Counted from the stretch's first letter, positions 38,093 through 50,633 are shown. The stretch: DNA of 64,000 nucleotides from Basidiobolus meristosporus CBS 931.73 (GCA_002104905.1 MCFE01000202.1:62001-126000), one strand, 5' to 3'. A program made the numbers and translations. The notes: a model not told the origin generated them from the sequence alone.

Positions 38093-39511
38093 TTCTGGGG
38101 ATTGATGACCAACGCTAGTCCATCTAATCATTGTTTAATTCGTTCTCATGTACCTTAACCACACCACCGCATGTATACAGAGTTAAGCGGGACTTTCTGT
38201 TAAATAAATGTATATAAACCTTGTCGCAGCTATCTCTACCAGCATCACAATGATGAATCAAGATCCTAATGCTAGATTAACGTCACATCAGCCTACTCTA
38301 TGATCGTTCCAGGTGCTCACATTCTCCAAAAGCAGTTCAATGGAATCGATAATACCTTACAATTCGGCTATCTACCGTAATAGCCAGCCACAATTACTCG
38401 GAAACTTCCTCGGTAGTCATGTGTTTACTCTCAACTGTCAAAAGCCATGGCCAGATTTATGACACATATGTTAGTATCCCGGTGGGTCTCAATGCCTGAA
38501 TTGGATAAAACATGAGCTCCAAGTGGATTTATTCTTTTTCTATAGTTTGCTCATAAACATCCCATTGCGTTATCTGTTCATAGCTACCAACCTATGTAAC
38601 GGCTAAGCATTTCCTTCTCATACAACAAATCAGATATGAACCGTCCAAGTTGCTATTTGAGGACTATTGTAGATCGAGTAAATCCAGTGTAGAAGCGAGT
38701 GCCTGAGGCTGATTGGGATATATAAAAGAAAGAGGGACGATTCTCTGATAAAATGTACATTAGTATACATAGTTCGATAAAGCTTGATAAGAGCAACATG
38801 CAAAGATTATGCCTTTGAATCAAAAATCTGCATCCAGGGAATGGATGGCTAATAGTTGGCTTCCCACCAAATAATCTTTGGATTGGCACTATGCATACCC
38901 AACATGTATTCTACATGATAATGGCTCTGAACATCAAGTTTTAGCAAAGCTTTATATTTGAGTTATGGAAGAACTCACCAATACATGACTGAAGTCTTTG
39001 AGATATGAACAAATGAGTGAATTCAGTAATGAACGGTTCGAACAAAGCGGAGATCTAAAAACCAAAATACCTCTATACATAGTACTCACATGCCGCTTAT
39101 TGGTATTGATTAAATATGGAGCCTTAACAGTGCAATGCACATAGCAGCGGTAATTCCGTCAATATATCTGCATCCTTGATTTTGTGAGATATGAAGAGTA
39201 AATGCTTCAAGTTTCGCGTGTATATATTATGTTCTCATCCCTTGGTCGATGGATCAAAGTCATATGAAAAGGTATTGATCTGATCACTGCCATTCCCGTA
39301 CAGGCCATTCCCGTACAGGCCATCCACAGAACGCCTTCGGAATTTCATATTTTGGAATGTCTCATCGAACCTTATTGAGATATCAAATAGGAAAGTGACC
39401 TAACACCGCGTTACACAGTAGTTTTCCAGCATGCCAAGGGCTGGATATCTAAAACAAGCACGATGCGATACCTATATAAACCATCCGTTCAGCTAGACAA
39501 TCAGCATTTCG

Positions 39512-39947
39512 ATGAATCCGATCTTGGCTCTAATTGCCCTATTTGTTGTAGATTTGGTCATCATAACTTTATTCAAAAGTAAGTAATCTAGTCTAATTTT
39601 TGAGTAGTTCGTTGTGAGTAATGCTGTTAATTCAAGAATGCAGAAAGGAGGAGTTGTTCCATACCGATTTTCCTACCTCAGTTCCACGAGTTGAGCGAGG
39701 GGTCGTCGTACCTGCTAATCCCATGCCCCAAAATACAGTGAGAAATGGTGAGGTAGCCATCCCTTCAAGTGTACACCTTGGCAATGAAGCTGGTTCTCCC
39801 CCTACCTTGACTACCAGCGACGATATCGAGATCGTCATTCCTCCACCGGCATACACTGAAGCCGCTAACAATCCACCTGCCCCATCTGTTATGGAGGCCC
39901 CGCCGAGATATCTCCAGTCCGAAATTAATACCAACTCTGTAGCTTAA
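39512..39947 (+). CDS. Small signal-anchored protein with two PPxY motifs (2 exons)
   Basis: MNPILALIALFVVDLVIITLFKKC, phase-1 GTAAGT..AG intron, tail with PPPAYTEA and APPRYLQ. Confidence 0.7.
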
Positions 39948-40799
39948 TATCTTGTTAATATATCATCCCTAATCTGTCCTCAATCTGTATATATATTGAC
40001 AATTTAATATATGATCACTTATTTGGAAATGACTACATATACCCTTCAACTATATTTAATGTTAACCCGAGTTCCATGAATATGATTGATTAAATCCAAG
40101 CATTCCTGTATTTTAGCCAATCATGCTTATTGTTGACAAACAATTATCTGTATGTAAAAGACACTTTAATACACTGAAAATATCACAGAAGGTAATGCTA
40201 CAAAGCTCAATTACAGCTTAAAGTATAGACTTGTTGCAAAAGTAAAAAATGCTTGGAAATTGTTTGTAGAAATGACACTTGGTGAATGAGTGGTCTGGAG
40301 ACCGGATTAAGTAGTCCATAATGTACCAATGGCTTCTAGCAGTGTTTGTGAGTCAAAACACATCCTTAAATGCAAATACATATCTGAGATTTTGATACTG
40401 CTCAAGGCTAGATGGTGCAATCCTTACCATGAATCAAGAATTAAGAAAAAAGCTGGCTGGGGGGTATAAAATCTAGCTTAAGTCATTCAAGCTGCTATAA
40501 AATGAGCAACTTGTTTGTGAACCTCAAAACTTGAAGACACTATAACCCTCAGCTCTTGACTCAGAACTAATATTTGCAGTTCTAACTGTTGAAATCAAGT
40601 TCAAGGAAAAGAGCTATCACACAAATCTTGTTATAAGAGTTAGGAAACTATGGAGGTGAATGGGAGAACAAGACGACTACAGAATTCTCACTTGATAACT
40701 TATTAAGCACATTGGTAGTATTTTCAGATGCATGAGTCTTGAAGTTATTAAAAGTGATTGCAAGGACAGGTAGATTAAGTGGTTTTACATATTAACTCA

Positions 40800-41866
40800 G
40801 GGGGGAGACAGTCACCAAAAGGTGAAGTCTTTATTTCAGTACAAATAAAGAAGCCAGCACTACTGTGGTAGCTTTCTAACAAGAGTGTATAGCTGAAGGG
40901 ATTGTTTGGTAGCTTAATAGGAAGAAATAATAGCCCTTTAGTGCTCAAGACACTGCTCAGCAGCTAGGGGGGTAGCAAGGGGGATAAGAATGATTTGTCA
41001 GCAACATTAATGGATGTAGTCGGGGGGGGGGAGAGATAGTTAGGGGGGAGACATTCTCCAATAGGTGAAATCTTTATTTCAGTTGAAGTAAAGAAGCCAG
41101 TGCTACTGTTGCAGCTTTGATACAAGAGTGTGTAGCTGATAGGAATTTGGAAAGTGTAGTGTAGTGTGTTCTCTTTCAGGCCTTGATCAGTGGGTAGTTG
41201 CAGTGGTGAAGTCTGAGACATAATCTGGTTCTAAGGTAGAGTAGTCTGATCATATAGGGCATAAACCCAAAAGCACCAAGAATAGCATGTCTGTAGGGGC
41301 ATTCAGGCAGATGAGGCACCAGGGATGTAATGCACCAGACTGCAAGCTTGTTGAGCTTAGTGCAGTCTCTAGAGGTAAGAGAGAGAAGTGGTAAGCCAAA
41401 TTCCAGTAAAGGGAAGACAAACTGCTTGAGTAGAAGGAGGCAGCTGGGAGCTGAAGTTGTAGGAGGAGTAACAGCCAGTAGCTTGTGGAGTGCCTGTCTT
41501 GCCAGGATGATTCTCTTCTTCAGGTGTGCTCCAGAGTCTAGTCCAGTAGGAAGGAAAGGAAAGCCAAGATATGCAGCAGAAACATGAGCAGGTAGTGTGC
41601 AGTTCTCTAAGTTGATAGGACAGCCCAAAGGTACTGTCTTTGCAATGGAAAGCTGGAGATTATTCTTCTGCAGATACTGGTGGATGGTCTGGGAGTTTTG
41701 TTGCACATTGGAGGAGGATATTCTGATGTCATCAGCAAAGAGAGTAACCAGGCAGTCAGCTGAGAGTCTTGGGAAGTCATTCAGGAAGATGGCAAACAGC
41801 ATAGGACCAAGCACAGAGCCTTGAATCACTCCATTAAGAACTGAGAACACTGGTGATTGCTCATTT
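40800..41866 (-). mobile_element. 5'-truncated non-LTR (LINE) retrotransposon
   Basis: ORF 41176-41850: GVIQGSVLGPMLFAIFLND, LFADD, YLG. CpG-free. A ~100-bp block of the 3' region is duplicated (~40800-40900 and ~41043-41140). Confidence 0.85.
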
Positions 41867-41957
41867 ATACTATGATTGCAAAGTAGAATTTATTGGTGTG
41901 GAATGAAATAGTACAAGTGTAGAGGGTTACTTTGGAGATATACATTGTAATACGCAT

Positions 41958-42341
41958 TTAATGGGTGGGGCATTTGGTGCACTTGCAGTTGTCACCACAG
42001 CAGCACTTGCCACTTTGGCCTTCGCACGACTCGCACTTGCAGTCGTCCCCGCAGCAGCACTTGCTCTTCTTGGCCTCGCCGCATTTACAGGCGGAGCCGC
42101 ACTTGCACCCCTCGCCACAGTTGCATCCGGATTGCTTCTTGCCTTGGCAGTTGACGCACTTGCAACCGCCCTTGCACTCGCAGGGTGGCACTTTAATAGT
42201 CTTGGCGCACTTGCACTTCTCGCAGGTGCAGTTGTCCTTGCAAGAGCAGGTGGCCTTCACTTCGACCTTTTGGCATTGGCATTGCTCGCACTGGCAGTTC
42301 TCGCCACAGCAGCAGATCTTGACGGTGTGTTGGGAAGCCAT
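41958..42341 (-). CDS. Long modular metallothionein, copy 1 (127 aa, 36 Cys)
   Basis: MASQHTVKICCCGENCQC...CKCTKCPTH; CCC and CxC motifs, no aromatic residues, intronless. Confidence 0.92.
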   Translation of the reverse strand: MASQHTVKICCCGENCQCEQCQCQKVEVKATCSCKDNCTCEKCKCAKTIKVPPCECKGGCKCVNCQGKKQSGCNCGEGCKCGSACKCGEAKKSKCCCGDDCKCESCEGQSGKCCCGDNCKCTKCPTH

Positions 42342-43522
42342 GTTGAGTAGTTTATTGATGATAGAGTATGCAAATTCCAAGCCAGATTCCAGATTTTTAT
42401 AAATTCATTTTCAAGTCGGAACGACGCATCTCACTATTCCCTCCCAATGGCGTAAATCTCGCTGCACCAAATGTTCTATTCAAAGACTCCACTCTCCGGC
42501 TCAGAAATTACATCACGCGAGATGCCACCCAAATCGTCATCATCAATATCCATTGGTGATTCGCAGCTGACGTTCCCCAGTGGCTAAAATAACGCAAGCG
42601 TTAATTGAAGCAGCTCCTTTAAGCAAATATCTTGGCTTTTCTCTGGTTATGATTGCGCATCAATTGAGGCCATGCCACGAGTAGTGAAAGCGCCTAAGCA
42701 CTCAAGCTACAAGCTGGTTTCAGGTATTGTACATACGGGGAATATCCGATCCATAGTAACCTGACGAGAGCGAACTCCGACGAAATGAATATACGCCCAC
42801 CAATAATTGAGTAATACTCCAAAGCAGTGGAAGTCACTGCGCCATTACCTTATAAATAATAGAGGTACAGAATCACCCAGATCAACTGGATTCTTTTTGA
42901 AGTATAGCGGCGGAGGGGAGAAAGCGGAGTTCGGTGACCCTTTTAACCCCGAACCATCAAGATATTCGCCTGGATTCTGTGATTCTTTAACACTCACCAT
43001 ATCACGATATATGGACTTCAGATACACACTTCACCCACTTGATTCAGAAACGGAATCGTGACAAGAATCATACAATCAAGTAAACGCAAGAGCATGACAA
43101 ATCTTGTAGTGTCGGACCAATGGTTGGTGCATTCCCCAATAGCTAAAATAACGCAAGGGATCAATAAAGCAGCCATTCCAAGCAAGTTGCAACCTGGAGA
43201 GGTATGTAAAGTCGTAAATGTACAATTCAACATTATCACATCACTATTGTCTCAGCATTTTACCGATCTCCTAAGGTATGAATCAACTAAACAGTGAAAT
43301 AATCATCATTGATACATGTGAAGATTCTCGCACTGCGTCCTTCTAGTTTCTGAATGGGATAATGAAGTTAGCGATTCAACGGCGCCTGATGGAGACTAGA
43401 CTAAAAAGTATGCGGAACACCGGAATATTGCACAAGGAGTGATTGTCAAGAGAGATCTATTAGTTGGGAATATCATAGTACAGTGTAAAATGCTAATTTG
43501 AGATATACTTTACGGTGGAAGT

Positions 43523-43756
43523 TTAAAGAGTGAGACACTTAGTACACTTGTAGCTGTCACCATAGTAGCACTCGCCCTTCTGGCCTTCACATGACTCGCA
43601 CTGGCAGTCTCCCCCGCAGCAGCACCTGTACTTCTTGGCCTCGCCGCATTTGCATCCGGATTGTTTCCTACCCTGCCATCTCACGCACTTACAACCATCC
43701 TTGCACTCACAAGGTGGCACTTCCACGGTCTTGGCGCGCTGGTACTTAAACGTCAA
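43523..43756 (-). pseudogene. 5'-truncated metallothionein pseudogene
   Basis: C-terminal half only (VPPCECKDGCKC...), several Cys changed to Tyr/Trp, no start codon; abuts the 3' flank of copy 2. Confidence 0.85.
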
Positions 43757-43847
43757 ACAATATGATTGCGAAGTAGAATTTATTGGTGTGAAATGAAATA
43801 GTACAAGTGTAGATGGCTATTTTGTAGATGTACATTATGATGCCCTT

Positions 43848-44231
43848 CTAATTGGTGGGACATTTGGTGCACTTGCAGTTGTCACCACAGCAGCACTTGC
43901 CACTTTGGCCTTCGCACGACTCACACTTGCAGTCATCACCGCAGCAGCACTTGCTCTTCTTGGCCTCGCCGCATTTACAGGCGGAGCCGCACTTGCACCC
44001 CTCGCCACAGTTGCATCCGGATTGCTTCTTGCCTTGGCAGTTGACGCACTTGCAACCGCCCTTGCACTCACAGGGTGGCACTTTAACAGCCTTGGCGCAC
44101 TTGCACTTCTCGCAGGTGAAGTTGTCCTTGCAAGAGCAGATGGCCTTCACTTCGACCTTTTGACATTGGCATTGCTCGCACTGGCAGTTCTCGCCACAAC
44201 AGCAGATCTTGACGGTTTGTTGGGAAGCCAT
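43848..44231 (-). CDS. Long modular metallothionein, copy 2 (127 aa, 35 Cys)
   Basis: Near-identical to copy 1; one Cys-to-Phe change (DNFTC). Confidence 0.92.
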   Translation of the reverse strand: MASQQTVKICCCGENCQCEQCQCQKVEVKAICSCKDNFTCEKCKCAKAVKVPPCECKGGCKCVNCQGKKQSGCNCGEGCKCGSACKCGEAKKSKCCCGDDCKCESCEGQSGKCCCGDNCKCTKCPTN

Positions 44232-45092
44232 GTTGGAATGTTTAATGATGATAGGATATGCAGGTACCAAGGCCGATTCCTGCTTTTATAAATTCGTTTC
44301 CCAAGCCGGAACGACATATCTCGTCAATCACTCCAATGGCGTAAATCTCGCCATACCGAATATTCTATGCAAGCACTACATTTGACATCACGTGACATCA
44401 CGCACTTATTCTTCATCAACACCAATGGGTGATTGGCAGCCGAGGTTCCCCAATGGCTAAAATAACGCAAGCTTTAAATGAAGCAACCCCTTTGGGCACA
44501 TATCGTGGCTATTCTCTGATTTTGGTTACGCAGTCAGTGAGACTATGCCGTGGGTAGTCGAGTCACGTTTAAAGCACCGGTACACTCAACTTACAAACTG
44601 GTTCGAGATTCAAGGAATATTTTGAGAAGAATGGGCTTGAACGAAATGAATGTGCATCCACCGATAGTTGAATAACTCCCCATGGTTAACTCAGGAACAG
44701 AGCGAGTCACTGTGCCGTTTCTTTATTACTAATAGAGTTGTAGCGTTACCTTACTTAATCAGATTCTTTTGAATTATTGCGGCGGAGGAAAGGAAGCCAA
44801 GTAGATTAAACCTAGTGCTCTAGATATTCGCCTGGATTCTCTGGTATTTGAGCACACAACCACGTCACGAAATATGGACTACATACGTGGGAAATTTCGC
44901 ATCAAAACTCACGTGACGCAGAAACACACTAGCGGTTGGTAGTTCAATCAAGCCTGAAAAATAAAACTACAGAATATAGTAAACACAAGCATATGCCAAA
45001 TTTTGTAGTTGTCGAGTAAGATTTATTGATTCGGAATTTAATAGTACAAATGCAGAAAAGTTTGTATTGGAGATATACACTATGATGCGCAC

Positions 45093-45440
45093 TTAATGGG
45101 CGGGACACTTGGTGCATTTGCAGTTATCATCACAGCAGCACTTGCCACTTTGACTTTCACACGTCAAACACTTGCAGTTGTCCTCACAGCAACATCTGCT
45201 CTTCTTGACCTCGCCGCATTTGCATCCGGATGGCTTATTCCCCTGGCAGTTGACGCACTCACAACCACCCTTGCACTCGCAGGGTGGTACTTCAACAGTC
45301 TTGGTACACTTGCACTTCTCGCAGGTGCAGTTGTCTTTGCAAGAGCAGGTGGCCTTCACTTCGGCCTTTTGGCATTGGCATTGCTCGCACTGGCAGTTCT
45401 CGCCACAGCAGCAGATCTTGACGGTTTGTTGGGAGGCCAT
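45093..45440 (-). CDS. Metallothionein, copy 3 (115 aa, 32 Cys)
   Basis: Intact ORF with an in-frame 12-aa deletion (CNCGEGCKCGSA equivalent) in module 4. Confidence 0.88.
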   Translation of the reverse strand: MASQQTVKICCCGENCQCEQCQCQKAEVKATCSCKDNCTCEKCKCTKTVEVPPCECKGGCECVNCQGNKPSGCKCGEVKKSRCCCEDNCKCLTCESQSGKCCCDDNCKCTKCPAH

Positions 45441-46042
45441 GTCGCGGTGTTTATTCAGAATAGAGTATGCATGTACCAAGGCCGATTCCTGCTTTTTATA
45501 TGCTTTCACTTGCTCACCCGCACCAATGGATCACCCATGCTGACCAATGGCGTATATCGCGCCTCCGATCAAGGCCGGTCCAATCGCTCTCCTCTACTCC
45601 GAGAAATTCGTCACATGATAGCATCGGCGTTGATTTTTCGTCATGTTCAATCCACGATTAGTAAGTGATCATTCCCAACGGCAAAAATCACGCATTGGAT
45701 CGACGAAGCATCTCCTTTAGGCAAATCTCTGGACTTTTCCATAGTAACCCAATGGACGCGGCTTTACTGCGAGTGGTAGATGGACGTTTAATGCATACCA
45801 AAAGTTAGGTTACAAGCAGGTATGATGCAACGGTCAGATAGGGAGTTATTGTCTTTGAGGAATATAGCATGTTTGGCCTGCTATGGCCCCAAGAAGATCA
45901 ATTGGACTGTTGATGAGTTTATGAGAGATTTACGCCATTAGAGGATGCTGTGAGATGTGTTGTTCCAGCTGGGAGGGTGATTGTATAAAAAGCAGGATTC
46001 GGTCTTGATGCGTGCATACTCAGTTCTTTACAAACTATTAAA

Positions 46043-46160
46043 TATGGCTTCCCAAAAAAAACAGTCAGGAATTGTTGGTGTGACGAACGTTTCCAATGTT
46101 CAAAGGTGCGGGTGGAGGCGAAGGCCAGAGCAACCAGTGCATTAAGTGCGCTGCCCACAA
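46043..46160 (+). pseudogene. Inverted, heavily deleted metallothionein remnant
   Basis: ATGGCTTCCCAA start, MT-type 5' UTR/TATA (ATAAAAAGCAGGATTCGG) and upstream GAGATTTACGCCATT motif; frameshifts and a large deletion. Coordinates approximate. Confidence 0.65.
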
Positions 46161-46625
46161 ATATTAGAAAAGCCTAACCCTGCATACACTCCCATCATAT
46201 CTTGTAAATTTTCTCGAACTATAATATAAAGGTATAATAAGTTGGCTACAAATCTACCCTTTGCCCCTTCTTTCCCTACACTATCAACGGTTCCCACTAT
46301 TTCTCGCTTGTAGATCTTAGTCACAGAACCTTGAGTTCATCATATTCTGTACAACATTCAGAGGAAATCTCTCCTTCATGCCCAATGCACTGCAGAAGAA
46401 TGTCGGATTGTAGATTATGGAAAACTTCACATTGCTTATCACACGTTTCCTCAATGAACTCCGAAATAAGTGATTTTCACCAATCCAAGTGGAGACCCAA
46501 CCTACAGGAATAAAGAATAAACCGATAACGCCATAACGATGATAGTCCAGCGGAATTGATTTATTTGGAATTCCAAAGCACAAGCTTGGAAGATATCTTA
46601 TGGAGATATACCGCACGGTGAGTGA

Positions 46626-46971
46626 TTAATAGGTGGGACACTTGGCGCACTCGCAAATGCTGCTACAACAGCAGGTACCGCTATGGCTTTCGCACAACTC
46701 ACAATCGCGGTCGCTCCCGCAACAACACTTATTCTTCTTGATCTCGTCGCATTTGCAGCTGGATTGCTTTCCCCTAGCAGTTGATGCACTTGCAACCGTC
46801 CTTGCACTCGCAAGGTGGTGCCTCCGCAGTTCTGGCGCACTCACATTTCTCGCAGGTGCAGTTATCTTTACAAGGGCATGTGACTTTCACTTCGACCCTT
46901 TGGCATTGGCATTGTTCGCATTGACAATTGTTGCCACAACAACGGATCATGGCGGTTTGTTGGGAAGTCAT
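46626..46971 (-). pseudogene. Metallothionein pseudogene (nonsense + frameshift)
   Basis: MTSQQTAMIRCCGNNCQC.. stops at TAG (46774); the remaining modules continue in another frame to ..CAKCPTY*. Confidence 0.85.
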
Positions 46972-47812
46972 GTTGGAATGTTTAGTGGTGACAGAGTATG
47001 CAGGTGTCAAGGCCGATTCCTGCTTTTTATAAATTCATTTTCAAGTTAGAACGACGCATCTCGCTATTTCCTCCAATGGCGTAATTCTCGCCATGCTTTA
47101 TGATCAATCCAATCATCCGTGTCGCCTCCTCTTAGTGACAGACGCGGTTCTTCACGAATAATTCTCCACAATGCTACAAACTGATGATATGTGAATCTCC
47201 CCCAATAGCTAAAATAACGCAACGGATGAATCCCTAAGCTTATCGAGGGTTACACAGTATACGAGGCTTCGAATAGTAGAATCATGTTTGATCCGCATCG
47301 AAAGTAAAGCCAAAAGCCGGATCCAGAACATGATCGGAGAAGCGTGTGAAGTAGTGCCTAGAGTGGAAGCCAGCCGATCTGTGATGTACATTTCTGGGAG
47401 GTGGTTTGATTCGACACCTAATCACCTTTTTGAATCATTGCGTAACCTGAAGAGTTTGACTTCGCAGGGTGTGTTGAGTACAACCGGCATGTGTTGGCAG
47501 CTTCATTCGTAAGGAAAGTCCGATGAGTTGCATATAGATCATATCGCATTCCAGTCACCACACAGGATTCATTCGAAATTAGTGAAAGTATATTTACCAC
47601 TATCGCCCATTTGGTTTTCGGGTCATCTAGTTCCGTAGGAATCGACACAAAGCGTACTGGCGCGGAGGTAACCAGGCTGGTTAAGTGGTACGGTATGATT
47701 TACGCTATTAGGAGGTATGGGTGATCCGTTGGTCCGGAGTGGAAAGTGAATTTATAAATAGCAGGAATCGGCCTTGGCACCTGCATACTCTAACACCATT
47801 AAACATTCCAAC

Positions 47813-48117
47813 ATGGCTTCCCGACAAATCGTCAAGATCTACTGCTGTGGCGAGAACTGCCAGTGCGAGCAGTGCCAATGTCATAGGTCGAAGTGAAGGC
47901 CGCCTGTTCTTACACTGATGACTGCACCTGCAAGAAGTGCGAGTGCGCCAAGGCCGTTGAAGTGCCACTCTGCGAGTGCAAGGGCGGTTGCAAGTGCGTC
48001 AACTGCCAAGGCAAGAAGCAATCCGGATGCAACTGTGGCGAGGGGTGCAAGTGCGGCTCCGCCTGTAAATGCGGCGAGGCCAAGAAGAACAAGTGCACCA
48101 AGCGCCCTACTCACTAA
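47813..48117 (+). pseudogene. Inverted metallothionein pseudogene (frameshift + C-terminal module deletion)
   Basis: ATGGCTTCCCGACAA start; 1-nt deletion near 47883 causes an early TGA; downstream frame encodes modules 2-4 joined to TKRPTH. Confidence 0.85.
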
Positions 48118-48544
48118 TTCATTAGAAAGACTTAACCCTCATTACTTCCGCCATTGTACCTTGTAAATTTCCTCGGAAGTATTTGTCATAACAAATTAGT
48201 TCCGAACCTGCTCTTTGCCATTGAAGCCCTATTATTATTGGAATTTTCTTCTACGCCTCAGTTACCGAACCTTGTCCCCTTTACTTCCTGGTAGCAGATA
48301 ATATGTTCAGTCATAGTGCATTAAACCGACACAATATGTATGAAACGCATCGTTTTGTATGTCACTTGATTCAAAATCAATTCATAATCGAACAACTCGA
48401 TGGAACATGAAAAAGCCAAACACTCTGGCCTAGCGAACACAGGAAAACGTCAAATACTATGATTGCGAAGTAGAATTTATTGGTGTGGAATGAAATAGTA
48501 CAAGTGTAGAGGGTTACTTTGGAGATATACATTGTAATGCGCAT

Positions 48545-48928
48545 TTAATGGGTGGGGCATTTGGTGCACTTGCAGTTGTCACCACAGCAGCACTTGCCAC
48601 TTTGGCCTTCGCACGACTCGCACTTGCAGTCGTCCCCGCAGCAGCACTTACTCTTCTTGGCCTCGCCGCATTTACAGGCGGAGCCGCACTTGCACCCCTC
48701 GCCACAGTTGCATCCAGGTTGCTTCTTGCCTTGGCAGTTGACGCACTTGCAACCGCCCTTGCACTCGCAGGGTGGCACTTTAATAGTTTTGTCGCACTCG
48801 CACTTCTCGCAGGTGCAGTTGTCCTTGCAAGAGCAGGTGGCCTTCACTTCGGCCTTTTGGCATTGGCATTGCTCGCACTGGCAGTTCTCGCCACAGCAGC
48901 AGATCTTGACGGTTTGTTGGGAAGCCAT
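48545..48928 (-). CDS. Long modular metallothionein, copy 4 (127 aa, 36 Cys)
   Basis: Intact; near-identical to copies 1 and 2. Confidence 0.92.
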   Translation of the reverse strand: MASQQTVKICCCGENCQCEQCQCQKAEVKATCSCKDNCTCEKCECDKTIKVPPCECKGGCKCVNCQGKKQPGCNCGEGCKCGSACKCGEAKKSKCCCGDDCKCESCEGQSGKCCCGDNCKCTKCPTH

Positions 48929-50633
48929 ATTGGAATGTTTAATGATGATAGAGTATGCAGGTACCAAGGCCGATTCCTGCTTTTTATACATTCACTATCC
49001 AAGCCGGAACAACGCATCTCGCCAATTCCTCCAATGGCGTAAATCTCGCCGTACCTTATGATCAATCCAATCACTCATCTTCACTTTCTCAACCGGACCG
49101 ATCTTTCTTACTGTATCCACCAATGCCTCGTGATCGGTCCAATTGTCCATCACTTCCTCACGTGAATTGTGCCACTTTCATTTATCATCACCTATGGACG
49201 ATTGGTAGGCCGTTGCAATAGCTAAAATCACGCATGCGAATGATGGTGCAGCTCCTTTAAGCAGCTCTCTTGGCCTTCTCTATGGTTACACAGTAGATTA
49301 TGGGCTATCTGTAATATAGGGAACTCCTGTCTAGGAAAAGTATATGAAAATCTGCTAGTAACGAGCGCCAGCCTGACTATTTCTTGAATGCGGCTCCTTT
49401 TGACACTCGACCCAGTAGTTTTGAAAAATGCGTAACTAGGCGAAATTGTTTGCGTGGAACCCAATCGTCTGAGCACATTCACTATGAAAGCAACTCCCGA
49501 CAACAATGACTTGAACATATTTCATCCAGTGTGGTGAACATTGCCCACACTATTTTCCCTTCAAACGAGGATTCGCGTTACTCCTGAACAACCCATAAAT
49601 CCCGAGTATTAAACACAGTTGTTGAAATTTTTGATTTTTAAAAGTATTGTTGAGTTCTCAGGTCAGCAATCGACCCAACCCGGGTTGCAATCCGGGTGAG
49701 CCTGGGTGGTATTAATCATTAGTGAGTAATGATCCCCAATTACATCATAAAGAAAACTATATGTTATTTATAAAATAACAGGTAAAAGTTTCCTACTGAG
49801 AATTGAAGTGTCACGAAGACGCCTGGGTCGTATTTAAAGTCAACCAGACCGCTGTTGATATTGTGGGATACGTAGCAGGGGGGGGGGAATTGTTGAGAAC
49901 TCCTAACCAGACCTATCCATTGGCTGACTGGCTGAAAAAAATCACGTTCCCTGCGGGTAGATTTAAGAAAATGAGGAAAAAAAAAGATAGCTCTATCGGG
50001 ATGATTTTCGTACAGTTCGTAAACGGAAGCCGTCACTAAACAACAATCTCTTGGGAATCTGGTGGGGGTTAGCGATAGATTGGTTTCTGAATAATGACCA
50101 AATATCCTGCAGGATTGACATCAGTTGATATTTCTCCGATGTGAATGATCGGCACGAGATACTAGGCCTATTTGACTCTGTAAAATTGTATTGTATTCCG
50201 ATGCGTCAAATATCCGAAAGGGGCCTGTCTTTATTGCAAGTTACTTCTTCATCAATTTAAACCTTTGTCATAGATACTAAGTACGCACAGGTCAGGTCTC
50301 AGACTATTTTAACATTGTTATGTTACGTACTTAAAGAGTAATGTCCTTTAGAGAGTACGAAAAGGGATAACGTGTATGTTATCTTGTGTAAGAATATCTC
50401 TTTAAAAGGTTAGGGTGGTGACTTTGTAGAAATATATTCAAGCTAATATTCGTTCCTACTACGCTCTTCTGCCTATAACCAAAAACTCCCTTTTTATTTA
50501 GTTGCTTGTTTAGTATTTATACCTTATTGTGAGTCTGGTGATTTGTCTTTGATTTGCTTCTCCCTGGCTACTAAGTCGTCTTTGTATGCGTTGATGTCAC
50601 TTAACATCGAGTGACTCTTTACTCAGTAACAGT

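Noticed and set aside
39289-39318. 15-bp direct tandem repeat GCCATTCCCGTACAG x2
   Set aside because: Only two units with no spacers; a local duplication, not a CRISPR-like array.
49678-49697. 20-bp near-palindrome ACCCGGGTTGCAATCCGGGT as a Helitron 3' hairpin or MT regulatory site
   Set aside because: No CTRR terminus at the expected distance, and not shared by other MT promoters.
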